The position numbers and the translations under genes were made by a program. Below, piece by piece: positions 50,862 through 59,750 of a stretch of DNA of 64,000 nt. The notes beneath the pieces were generated by a model that ran no database searches, was not told the DNA's origin, and was given only the letters and a program-made list of their open reading frames with translations. The stretch comes from Myxococcota bacterium (GTDB lineage Bacteria > Myxococcota_A > UBA9160 > SZUA-336), in the NCBI GenBank assembly GCA_965247115.1, contig CBDFGR010000002.1, positions 1,952,001 to 2,016,000 on the forward strand, in the 5' to 3' direction. Positions within the stretch are counted from its first letter, which is position 1. Every line of letters begins with the position of its first letter.

Positions 50862-51949
50862 GGAGGGATCTCCATGTCCTTGATGATCTGAGCGAGCACC
50901 TCCTCGCGAGTGACAGAGAACTCCATCCCCTCCTTGAGCACCAGTCGATGCGCCAGCACGTATGGTGCGACGGCCTTGATGTGGTCGGGCGTGACGAGCA
51001 AGTCGCCGTTGAAGAACGCGAAGGTTCGAGCGACCGCTTCAAGATGAAAGTGGACGCGCGGCGAGATGCCGACCCGGATGTACTCCTTGACCGTCCGCGC
51101 CGCTCGACCCTGAGTTCTGTGGGGTCTGGTACTTCGGATCAACCTCACTCTGTACTGATCGGCGTACTCGGATGTGGGGACGTTGTCGAAGATGAACTGC
51201 GCGATGTCCAGCACCTCGTGCAGGTTGGTCAGCTTCTCCACCTTCTTGCCCACGACATTGCGAGCCACGATCTTCGCTTCGTCCGCTTCGTCTTCCGGAT
51301 CGCCCATGTAGATGGCGAGGGTCGTTCGATCCAGCTGCGCCACGGGATTCGGGAATGTTCCCTCCTCCTCGCCGAAGATGTTCTCGGTGCAGATGACCAT
51401 GAAGAAGCGTGGACCCTCGATATCGGCGAAGTCCCCGGACAGGGGGAAGAGCGGAACCATCTTCGTTTCGCCGACACCCAGGTTCCCGTAGTCCGAAGTG
51501 AGCGAGGCAGAGCTCTCCTCCATGCCTTCGAGCACCGCCGCTTTGGTCTTGCCCGTCAACCGATTGTCCTCGTCGATCAGGACGATGTGCGCCATGAGCT
51601 TGCCCGGCTTGAAGTGGATCTGGCGGCTGCCATCCAGCTCCTCGACGATCGTCTCGTAGCCGAGAATGTCCTCGGGCATGTACGTCGGGAGCCCCTGGAT
51701 CCGCTCGAACTTGGCATCGATCGCCATCGCACAGGCCGTTACCAGATCGGTCTTTCCGGTTCCGGTGGGACCCTTGAACAACACGTGGGGTTGGCGCAGC
51801 GCCTTGGTCTGCCGGAGCTTGTCGGTGTAGGGGAGCAGCGTGAAGAACGCCCACGAGAGAGTTCTCGCCGCCTCATCCAGACCGAAGAGCCACTTGGTGG
51901 ACTCGTTCTGGAACTTCTGAACGACCTCAAAGGCCCGGTCGCGATCCAT
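50852..51949 (-). CDS. moxR: MoxR-family AAA+ ATPase (MxaR-like, divergent)
   Basis: HVLFKGPTGTGKT, RIQ..P..MPEDILG, LIDEDNR, EGTFP.P.AQLDR, GISPR and VLAHRL motifs; start 51949 (AAGGA) or 51973. Confidence 0.9.
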   Translation of the reverse strand: MDRDRAFEVVQKFQNESTKWLFGLDEAARTLSWAFFTLLPYTDKLRQTKALRQPHVLFKGPTGTGKTDLVTACAMAIDAKFERIQGLPTYMPEDILGYETIVEELDGSRQIHFKPGKLMAHIVLIDEDNRLTGKTKAAVLEGMEESSASLTSDYGNLGVGETKMVPLFPLSGDFADIEGPRFFMVICTENIFGEEEGTFPNPVAQLDRTTLAIYMGDPEDEADEAKIVARNVVGKKVEKLTNLHEVLDIAQFIFDNVPTSEYADQYRVRLIRSTRPHRTQGRAARTVKEYIRVGISPRVHFHLEAVARTFAFFNGDLLVTPDHIKAVAPYVLAHRLVLKEGMEFSVTREEVLAQIIKDMEIPPWK

Positions 51950-52160
51950 GGCGTCCTTATTTTTCCCCGGCATCAGACAGTCCGTCCAGCTGTAGCGGTT
52001 ACACCGGACTACCGCCAACTCGCGGTAACTTGACCCTCAGGCGGTCTTGCTGCCATTCTCGGGGCGAAAAGCGGAGCAAATGCTCCAGAGGCGTGCCCCT
52101 TCGAGCACGGATCTGATTCTCCCCGGACCGGGCGGGCTTGGACCGGGAGGAGGCGCGACG

Positions 52161-54041
52161 ATGAGGTGGTTTGTAGCAGCATCTGTTGCCTTCACGACGT
52201 TGCTGCCGATGGCGACCTGGGCCCAGGTGACGGATTCCGCATACGGCGTCATGTTCGAGGCGCAGTGCGGGGTCTGTCATGGAACGACCAGTGACGTGCC
52301 CAACGCGGTCAGTCGCGAGGCCCTCCGGGCCTTCTCCCCGGAGCGGGTGTTCAAGGCGCTGACGACCGGTGCGATGGTGGTCAATGCGAGCGGGCTCTCG
52401 GAGCGGGAGAAGCGCGGTCTGTCCGAGTACCTGACCGGTCGCCCGTTCGGAAACGCGGCGGACCGCCTGGCTGCGGCGATGCCGAACCGCTGCGCCAGTG
52501 GCATGCCGCTGCGGGATCCGTCCGCCGGGCCGCACTGGAACGGCATGAGCCCGGATCCCACGACGAGCGCGCGCTTTCAGCCCACCGCTGCGGCGGGGCT
52601 GACGGTCGAGCAGCTGCCGCGACTGCGGCGGAAGTGGGCGTTCGGCTTTCCGGACGGCGGCGCGGTCCGGGCCCAGCCGACGGTGGCCGGGGGTCGGGTA
52701 TTCGTGGGTAGCGACAACGGCGTGGTGTACGCGCTCGACGCACAGACCGGCTGTGTGCACTGGTCCTTCGACGCCGGGGAGGCCGTGGTGGCGGCCGTCA
52801 GCGTTGGAGCGCTGACCGGTTCGCAAGACCGCTATGTCGCGTACTTCGGGGATTTCCGGGCGAACGTCTACGCCGTGGACGCCGAAACGGGCGAGCAGCT
52901 GTGGACGGTGTCTGTGGACGACCATGAGATGACGAAGATCACGGGCTCGCCGGTGCTCGATCCCCAGGGGGGACGCCTGTACGTGTCGGTAGCCTCCTGG
53001 GAGGAGCTCCAGGGCATGGCCAACATGTCGTACGAGTGCTGCACGTCCCAAGGGAGCGTGGTGGCGCTGGACGCCGGGACCGGTCGGCAGATCTGGAAGA
53101 CCTACACGATCCCCGAGCGTCCCAGACCGATCAGGAAGAACTCCGCCGGCACACAGCTGTACGGCCCGGCGGGTGCCTCGATCTGGGTGGCACCCACGCT
53201 CGACTACAGGCGCCGGGTCCTCTACGTCGGTACGAGCAATGGCTATATCAACGTGCCGGACGCGGGATCCAGTGACGCCGTCATTGCCTTCGACCTCGAC
53301 ACCGGCAAGAGACGCTGGTCGACTCAGCTCCTGGCCAACGATCTGAACTGCGGGGGAGGTGGAGCGACCGCTGCCGAGCTCAGGATCAACTGCCCCGGGT
53401 ACATCAGTTCCTCGTTTCCAGGCTCAGGTGCCAACGACGACGTGTCCGGATCGCCTGTCTTGTACACACTCCCGAACGGGCGCCAGATTCTGATTGCGGG
53501 GCAGGAGAGCGGAAGGACCACGGCGCTCGATCCCGACAACAACGGCGCCGTGCTCTGGGTCGCACAGGCGGGGGACACGATCGGCCCAAACCAGGGCGGA
53601 GGTCTCGGTGCTGCCGCGGATGGGGAGCTCTACTACAGGGCCGTCGGGTTCCCCGATAAGACCGGTGCGATGGCCGCGCTCCGGCCCGCGACGGGCGAAA
53701 GGGTCTGGTACACCCCGCACGCGAAGCCGACGAGTTGCTCCGACCCGGAGGCGGGCTGGTGCAGCTCGGCACTGCTCGGGGCGGTGACGGTCATCCCCGG
53801 CGCCGTGTTCACGGGGGGGAGAGACGGCATCCTGCGCGCGTACTCGACGGGGGACGGCGAGATCCTTTGGGAATACAACACGATGCAGGAGTACGAGACG
53901 GTGAACGGCGTCCGCGCGAAGGGCGGCTCGATCGGTGGCCACGGGCCCGCGATCGTCGGGGGCATGCTGTTCATGGGCTCCGGCTACAGCATCGTCACGA
54001 GCGTTCCGGGCAACGTGCTGCTCGCGTTTGGCGTCGAGTAG
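52161..54041 (+). CDS. PVA-dehydrogenase-type quinohemoprotein (cytochrome c + PQQ beta-propeller), copy 1
   Basis: Signal peptide, CGVCH, KWAFGFP, repeated ALDAxTG..W blades, YECC and GNVLLAF; ATG 52161 with GGAGG. Confidence 0.9.
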   Translation: MRWFVAASVAFTTLLPMATWAQVTDSAYGVMFEAQCGVCHGTTSDVPNAVSREALRAFSPERVFKALTTGAMVVNASGLSEREKRGLSEYLTGRPFGNAADRLAAAMPNRCASGMPLRDPSAGPHWNGMSPDPTTSARFQPTAAAGLTVEQLPRLRRKWAFGFPDGGAVRAQPTVAGGRVFVGSDNGVVYALDAQTGCVHWSFDAGEAVVAAVSVGALTGSQDRYVAYFGDFRANVYAVDAETGEQLWTVSVDDHEMTKITGSPVLDPQGGRLYVSVASWEELQGMANMSYECCTSQGSVVALDAGTGRQIWKTYTIPERPRPIRKNSAGTQLYGPAGASIWVAPTLDYRRRVLYVGTSNGYINVPDAGSSDAVIAFDLDTGKRRWSTQLLANDLNCGGGGATAAELRINCPGYISSSFPGSGANDDVSGSPVLYTLPNGRQILIAGQESGRTTALDPDNNGAVLWVAQAGDTIGPNQGGGLGAAADGELYYRAVGFPDKTGAMAALRPATGERVWYTPHAKPTSCSDPEAGWCSSALLGAVTVIPGAVFTGGRDGILRAYSTGDGEILWEYNTMQEYETVNGVRAKGGSIGGHGPAIVGGMLFMGSGYSIVTSVPGNVLLAFGVE

Positions 54042-54056
54042 CGAGGAGGCACGCTG

Positions 54057-55949
54057 ATGAGATGGTTTTGGGTGGCGTCTGTCGCCGCTGCGGTGTTCCT
54101 ACCGATGACGACCTCGGCGGGGGGCGGGGGTCTGGGCGCCGGGGCACCCCAAGGGGTGACGGACGCACGAGGCTACGTGATGTTCGAGGAGCGGTGCGCG
54201 GTCTGCCATGGAACGACCAGTCTCGTCCCCAACGCGGTCAGTCGCGAGGCCCTCCGGGCGTTCTCCCCTGAGCGAGTGTTCGAGGCGCTGACGACCGGCA
54301 CGATGGCGGCCAATGCGAGCGCCCTCTCGGAGCAGGACAAGCGTGGGCTTGCCGAGTACCTGACCGGTAGGCCCTTCGGAAACGTGGCAGACCGCTCCGC
54401 TGCGGCGATGCCGAACCGGTGCGGGAGTGGCATGCCGATGGGCGATCCGTCGGTCGGGCCACAGTGGAACGGCATGAGCCCCGATCCCACCACGAGCGCT
54501 CGCTTTCAGCCGGCCGCTGCCGCGGGGCTGACGGTCGAGCAGGTGCCGCGGTTGCGGCGAAAGTGGGCGTTCGGCTTTCCAGACGGCAGCTCGATCCGGG
54601 GCCAGCCCACGGTGGCCGGTGGTCGGGTGTTCTTGGGCAGCGACAACGGGATGGTGTACGCGCTCGACGCGCGGACCGGCTGCGTGCACTGGTCCTCCGA
54701 GGCAGGGGAAGCAGTCGTGACTGCCGTCAGCGTGGGAACGGTGCCCGGGTCGCAGGGCCGCTACGCGGCGTACTTTGGAGACTTCCGGGCGAACGTGCAC
54801 GCCGTGGACGCCGAGACGGGCGAGCCGCTCTGGACCGTGCGCGTGGACGACCATGAGATGGCGAAGATCACGGGTTCGCCCGTGCTCGATACGCAGGGCG
54901 GACGCTTGTATGTGCCGGTAGGCTCGTGGGAGGAGGTCTCCGGTCTCTTCAACCTCTCCTACGAGTGCTGCACGTCCCAGGGCAGCGTGGTGGCCCTGGA
55001 TGCCGCGACCGGCCAGCAGATCTGGAAGACCTACACGATTCCCGAACGTCCCCAACCGGTCAGGAAGAACTCTGCCGGCACGCAGCTGTACGGTCCATCG
55101 GGTGCCGGGGTTTGGGCGGCGCCGACGCTCGACTACCGGCGCCGGGTCATCTACGTCGGCACGGCCAATGGCTATGTCGATGTGCCGGACTCGGGGTCCA
55201 GTGACGCTGTCATCGCCTTCGACCTCGACACCGGCAAGAGGCGCTGGTCTACCCAGCTCTTGGCCGGCGATATGAACTGTGGGGGAGGCGGACCGACGGA
55301 TGCCGACAAGAGGATCAACTGCCCCGGCTTCATACCGAACCAGAACGATGATGTGTCCGGGTCTCCCGTCCTCCACACGCTGCCGAACGGGCGGCAGATT
55401 CTGATCGCGGGGCAGGAGAGCGGCAGGATCACGGCGCTCGATCCCGACAGCAACGGCGCTGTGCTGTGGGTCGCACAGGCCGGTGACGTGCTGTGGCCAA
55501 GAGGCTCTGGCCTGGGCGCCGCCACAGATGGAGAGCTCTACTACAGGCCCCTCGGGTTGCCCGACCAGACGGGTGCGATGGCTGCGCTCCGGCCCGCGAC
55601 GGGCGAGCGCGTCTGGTACACCCCGCACGCGAAGCCGACGAGCTGCTCCGATCCCGAGGCGGACTGGTGCAGCTCGGGACTGTTCGGGGCGGCGACGGTC
55701 ATCCCAGGCGTCGTGTTCGCGGGGGCGAGGGATGGCACCCTGCGCGCGTACTCGACGGGAGACGGCGAGATCCTATGGGAATACGGCACGATGCAGGAGT
55801 ACGAGACGGTGAACGGCGTGCGAGCCAAGGGGGGTTCGATCGGTGGCCATGGCCCGGCGATCGTCGGAGGCATGCTGTTCCTGGGCTCCGGGTACAACAT
55901 CATCAGGAGCGCTCCGGGCAACGTGCTGCTCGCGTTTGGCGTGGAATAG
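54057..55949 (+). CDS. PVA-dehydrogenase-type quinohemoprotein, copy 2
   Basis: CAVCH, same architecture; Gly-rich insertion after the signal peptide. Confidence 0.9.
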   Translation: MRWFWVASVAAAVFLPMTTSAGGGGLGAGAPQGVTDARGYVMFEERCAVCHGTTSLVPNAVSREALRAFSPERVFEALTTGTMAANASALSEQDKRGLAEYLTGRPFGNVADRSAAAMPNRCGSGMPMGDPSVGPQWNGMSPDPTTSARFQPAAAAGLTVEQVPRLRRKWAFGFPDGSSIRGQPTVAGGRVFLGSDNGMVYALDARTGCVHWSSEAGEAVVTAVSVGTVPGSQGRYAAYFGDFRANVHAVDAETGEPLWTVRVDDHEMAKITGSPVLDTQGGRLYVPVGSWEEVSGLFNLSYECCTSQGSVVALDAATGQQIWKTYTIPERPQPVRKNSAGTQLYGPSGAGVWAAPTLDYRRRVIYVGTANGYVDVPDSGSSDAVIAFDLDTGKRRWSTQLLAGDMNCGGGGPTDADKRINCPGFIPNQNDDVSGSPVLHTLPNGRQILIAGQESGRITALDPDSNGAVLWVAQAGDVLWPRGSGLGAATDGELYYRPLGLPDQTGAMAALRPATGERVWYTPHAKPTSCSDPEADWCSSGLFGAATVIPGVVFAGARDGTLRAYSTGDGEILWEYGTMQEYETVNGVRAKGGSIGGHGPAIVGGMLFLGSGYNIIRSAPGNVLLAFGVE

Positions 55950-55961
55950 CGAGGAGGCGCG

Positions 55962-57827
55962 ATGATGATGAGGTGGCTTGGTGTGATGTCCGTCGCCGTC
56001 ACGGTGTTGCTACCGACGGCGGCCTCGGCGCAGGCGACGGATGCTCGGTGGCTCTTCCTGTTCGAGGAACAATGCGCCACCTGCCATGGAACGACCAGTA
56101 TCGTTCCCAACGCGGTCAGTCGCGAGGCGATTCGCTCGTTCTCCCCGGAGCGGGTGCTCGAGGCGCTGACGACCGGTGCGATGGTGCCCAACGCGAGCGG
56201 GCTCTCGGAGGAGGAGAAGCGCGGCTTGGCCGAGTACCTGACGGGTCGCCCGTTCGGAAACGCGGCGGACCGCTCGGCCGAGGCGATGCCGAACCGTTGC
56301 GCCGACGATATGCCGATGGGCGATCCGTCGGTCGGCCCGCAGTGGAACGGCATGAGCCCCGATCCCACGACGAGCGCCCGCTTTCAGCCGGCCGCTGCGG
56401 CAGGGCTGACGGCCGAGCAGCTGCCGCGGCTGCGGCGCAAGTGGGCGTTCGGCTTTCCGGACGGCAGCTCGCTCCGGGGCCAGCCCACGGTCGCCGGGGG
56501 TCGCGTGTTCGTGGGCAGCGACAACGGGATGGTGTACGCGCTCGACGCGAAGAGCGGCTGCGTGCACTGGTCCTTCGAGGTCGGCGAAGCTGTGATTACG
56601 GGGATCAGCGTGGGGACCGTGCCCGGGTCCGGAGACCGCTACGCCGCGTACTTCGGGGATTTCCGGGCGAACGTCCACGCGGTGGACGCCGAGACGGGCG
56701 AAGGGCTCTGGACGGTGTCTGTGGACGAGCACGAGTTTGCGAAGGTCAGCGGCTCGCTGGTGCTCGATCCCCAGGGGGGACGCCTGTACGTGCCGGTAGG
56801 CTCGTGGGAGGAAGTCTCGGGCATCGTCAACCTCCTGTACGAGTGCTGCACTTCCCAGGGCAGCGTGGTGGCCCTGGAGGCCGCAACCGGGCGGCAAATC
56901 TGGAAGAGCTACACGATTCCCGAACGTCCCCGGCCGGTCAGGAAGAACTCCGCCGGCACGCAGCTGTTCGGCCCATCGGGGGCCGGGGTCTGGGCGGCGC
57001 CCACGCTCGACTACCGGCGCCGGGTCCTCTACGTCGGCACGGCGAACGGCTACATCAATGTGCCGGACTCGGGGTCCAGTGACGCCGTCATCGCCTTCGA
57101 CCTCGATACGGGCAAGCGACGCTGGTCGACCCAGCTCTTGGCCGGCGATCTGAACTGCGGGGGCGGTGGATCGACCGACGCCGACAAGAGGATCAACTGC
57201 CCCGGCTTCATCCCGACCACGAACGACGATGTGTCCGGGTCGCCCGTCCTGCACACGCTGCCGGATGGGCGCCAGATTCTGATCGCGGGGCAGGAGAGCG
57301 GCAGGATCACAGCGTTGGATCCGGACGACAACGGCGCCGTGCTGTGGGTCGCGCAAGCAGGGGACGTGCTGAGCCCAGGAGGCGGCGGCATGGGCGCCGC
57401 CGCGGATGGAGAGCTCTACTACAGGGCCCTCGTGCTCCCCGACAGGACCGGTGGGATGGCCGCGCTCCGATCCGCGACGGGCGAGCGGGTCTGGTACGCC
57501 ACCCACCCGAAGCCCACGAGCTGCTCCGACCCGGAGGCGGACTGGTGCAGCTCGGGACAGTATGGAGCGGCGACGGTGATCCCCGGCGCCGTCTTCGCAG
57601 GGGCCCGGGACGGCACCCTGCGCGCGTACTCGACGGGGAACGGCGAGGTCCTGTGGGAGTACGACACGATGCAGGAGTACGAGACGGTGAACGGCGTGCG
57701 TGCGAAGGGGGGCTCGATCGGTGGCCACGGGCCGGCGATCGTCGGCGGCATGCTGTTCATGGGCTCCGGGTACAACATCATCACGAGCACCCCGGGCAAC
57801 GTGCTGCTCGCGTTTGGCGTGGAATAG
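55962..57827 (+). CDS. PVA-dehydrogenase-type quinohemoprotein, copy 3
   Basis: CATCH, same architecture. Confidence 0.9.
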   Translation: MMMRWLGVMSVAVTVLLPTAASAQATDARWLFLFEEQCATCHGTTSIVPNAVSREAIRSFSPERVLEALTTGAMVPNASGLSEEEKRGLAEYLTGRPFGNAADRSAEAMPNRCADDMPMGDPSVGPQWNGMSPDPTTSARFQPAAAAGLTAEQLPRLRRKWAFGFPDGSSLRGQPTVAGGRVFVGSDNGMVYALDAKSGCVHWSFEVGEAVITGISVGTVPGSGDRYAAYFGDFRANVHAVDAETGEGLWTVSVDEHEFAKVSGSLVLDPQGGRLYVPVGSWEEVSGIVNLLYECCTSQGSVVALEAATGRQIWKSYTIPERPRPVRKNSAGTQLFGPSGAGVWAAPTLDYRRRVLYVGTANGYINVPDSGSSDAVIAFDLDTGKRRWSTQLLAGDLNCGGGGSTDADKRINCPGFIPTTNDDVSGSPVLHTLPDGRQILIAGQESGRITALDPDDNGAVLWVAQAGDVLSPGGGGMGAAADGELYYRALVLPDRTGGMAALRSATGERVWYATHPKPTSCSDPEADWCSSGQYGAATVIPGAVFAGARDGTLRAYSTGNGEVLWEYDTMQEYETVNGVRAKGGSIGGHGPAIVGGMLFMGSGYNIITSTPGNVLLAFGVE

Positions 57828-57839
57828 CGAGGAGGCAAG

Positions 57840-59735
57840 ATGATGCGATGGTTCCTGCTGGCGTTTGTCGCCGTCACAATGACTCTGCCGCTGGCGGCCC
57901 GGGGGCAGGTGACATCGGGTGAGTATCTCTTCCTGTACGAGTCCCAGTGCGCGGTCTGTCATGGAACTGACAGTGGCGTCCCCAACGCGGTCAGTCGCGA
58001 AGCCCTCCGCGCGCTCTCCCCGGAGCGGGTACTCGAGGCGCTGACGAATGGCCCGATGGTGGCCAATGCGAGCGGGCTATCGGACGTGCAGAAGCGCGGG
58101 CTGGCCCAGTTCCTGACCGGCCGCCCGTTCGGAAGCGCGGCGGACCGCTCGGCAGAGGCAATGCCGAATCGCTGCGCCAGTGGCATGCCCATGCGAGATC
58201 CGTCAGCGGGTCCGGGGTGGAACGGCATGAGCCCGGATCCGACGACAAGCGCTCGTTTTCAGCCGACCGCCGCGGCGGGGCTGACGGTCGAGCAGCTGCC
58301 GCAGCTGCAGCGGAAGTGGGTGTTCGGCTTTCCGGATGGCAGCGGGGTCCGGGGTCAGCCGACGGTAGCTGGGGGTCGGGTGTTCGTGGGTAGCGACAAC
58401 GGGATGGTGTACGCGCTCGACGCACAGACCGGCTGTGTGCACTGGTCCTTTGAGGCCGCGACGGCCGTTGTGACGTCCATCAGCGTCGGGACCGTGCCCG
58501 GGTCGCAAGACCGTTTTGCCGCGTACTTCGGGGATTTCCGGGCGAATGTCTACGCCGTCGATGCCGAAACGGGCGAGCAGCTGTGGACGCTGTCCGTCGA
58601 CGACCATGAGATGGCGAAGATCACGGGCTCGCCCGCGCTCGATCCCCAGGGGGGACGCCTGTATGTGTCGGTGGGCTCATGGGAGGAGGGCGCTGGCCAG
58701 AACCTCTCGTACGAGTGCTGCACGTCCCAGGGCAGCGTGGTGGCCCTGGAGGCCGGGACAGGGCGGCAGATCTGGAAGACCTACACGATTCCCGAACGTC
58801 CCAGGCCGATCAGGAAAAACTCCGCCGGCACGCAGCTGTACGGACCAGCGGGCGCCGGGGTCTGGGTGGCGCCCACGCTCGACCTCGAGCGGGGCGCCGT
58901 CTACGTCGGTACGAGCAATGGCTACATCAACGTACCGGACTCGGGGTCCAGTGACGCCATCATTGCCTTCGACCTCGACACCGGCGAGAGGCGCTGGTCG
59001 ACTCAGCTGCTGGCCAATGATCAGAACTGCGGGGGAGGTGGCCTCACCGATGCCGACCACAGGATCAACTGCCCCGGCTTCGTGGGGGTTCTGGAGGCAA
59101 CGCGTGCACTCGGTGGAAATCCCAACGACGACGTCTCCGGCTCGCCAGTCCTGCACACGCTGCCGGATGGTCGCCAGATTCTGATCGCGGGGCAGGAGAG
59201 CGGCAGGATCACGGCACTCGATCCCGACAAGAGCGGCGCCGTGCTGTGGGTCGCGCAGGCCGGGGATGTCTTGGTCTTGGGCCCACAGGGCGGCGGCATG
59301 GGCGCCGGCGCGGATGGAGAGCTCTACTACAGGGCCGTCGGGTTCGCCGATCAGACCGGTGCGATGACCGCGCTCCGGCCCGCGACGGGCGAGCGGGTCT
59401 GGTACACCCCGCACGCGAAGCCGACGAGCTGCTCCGACCCGGAGGCGGACTGGTGCAGCTCGGGACTGTTCGGGGCGGCGACGGTCATCCCCGGCGCCGT
59501 GTTCGCGGGGGCCAGGGACGGCACGCTGCGCGCGTACTCGACGGGGGACGGCGAGGTCCTGTGGGAATACAGCACGATGCAGGAGTACGAGACGGTGAAC
59601 GGCGTGCGGGCCAAGGGCGGCTCGATCGGCGGCCATGGGCCGGCGATCGTCGGGGGCATGCTGTTCATGGGCTCCGGATACAGCGTGACCGGGGGCGTTC
59701 CGGGCAACGTGCTGATCGCGTTCGGCGTCGAGTAG
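57840..59735 (+). CDS. PVA-dehydrogenase-type quinohemoprotein, copy 4
   Basis: CAVCH, same architecture. Confidence 0.9.
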   Translation: MMRWFLLAFVAVTMTLPLAARGQVTSGEYLFLYESQCAVCHGTDSGVPNAVSREALRALSPERVLEALTNGPMVANASGLSDVQKRGLAQFLTGRPFGSAADRSAEAMPNRCASGMPMRDPSAGPGWNGMSPDPTTSARFQPTAAAGLTVEQLPQLQRKWVFGFPDGSGVRGQPTVAGGRVFVGSDNGMVYALDAQTGCVHWSFEAATAVVTSISVGTVPGSQDRFAAYFGDFRANVYAVDAETGEQLWTLSVDDHEMAKITGSPALDPQGGRLYVSVGSWEEGAGQNLSYECCTSQGSVVALEAGTGRQIWKTYTIPERPRPIRKNSAGTQLYGPAGAGVWVAPTLDLERGAVYVGTSNGYINVPDSGSSDAIIAFDLDTGERRWSTQLLANDQNCGGGGLTDADHRINCPGFVGVLEATRALGGNPNDDVSGSPVLHTLPDGRQILIAGQESGRITALDPDKSGAVLWVAQAGDVLVLGPQGGGMGAGADGELYYRAVGFADQTGAMTALRPATGERVWYTPHAKPTSCSDPEADWCSSGLFGAATVIPGAVFAGARDGTLRAYSTGDGEVLWEYSTMQEYETVNGVRAKGGSIGGHGPAIVGGMLFMGSGYSVTGGVPGNVLIAFGVE

Positions 59736-59750
59736 CGAGGAGATACGCTG

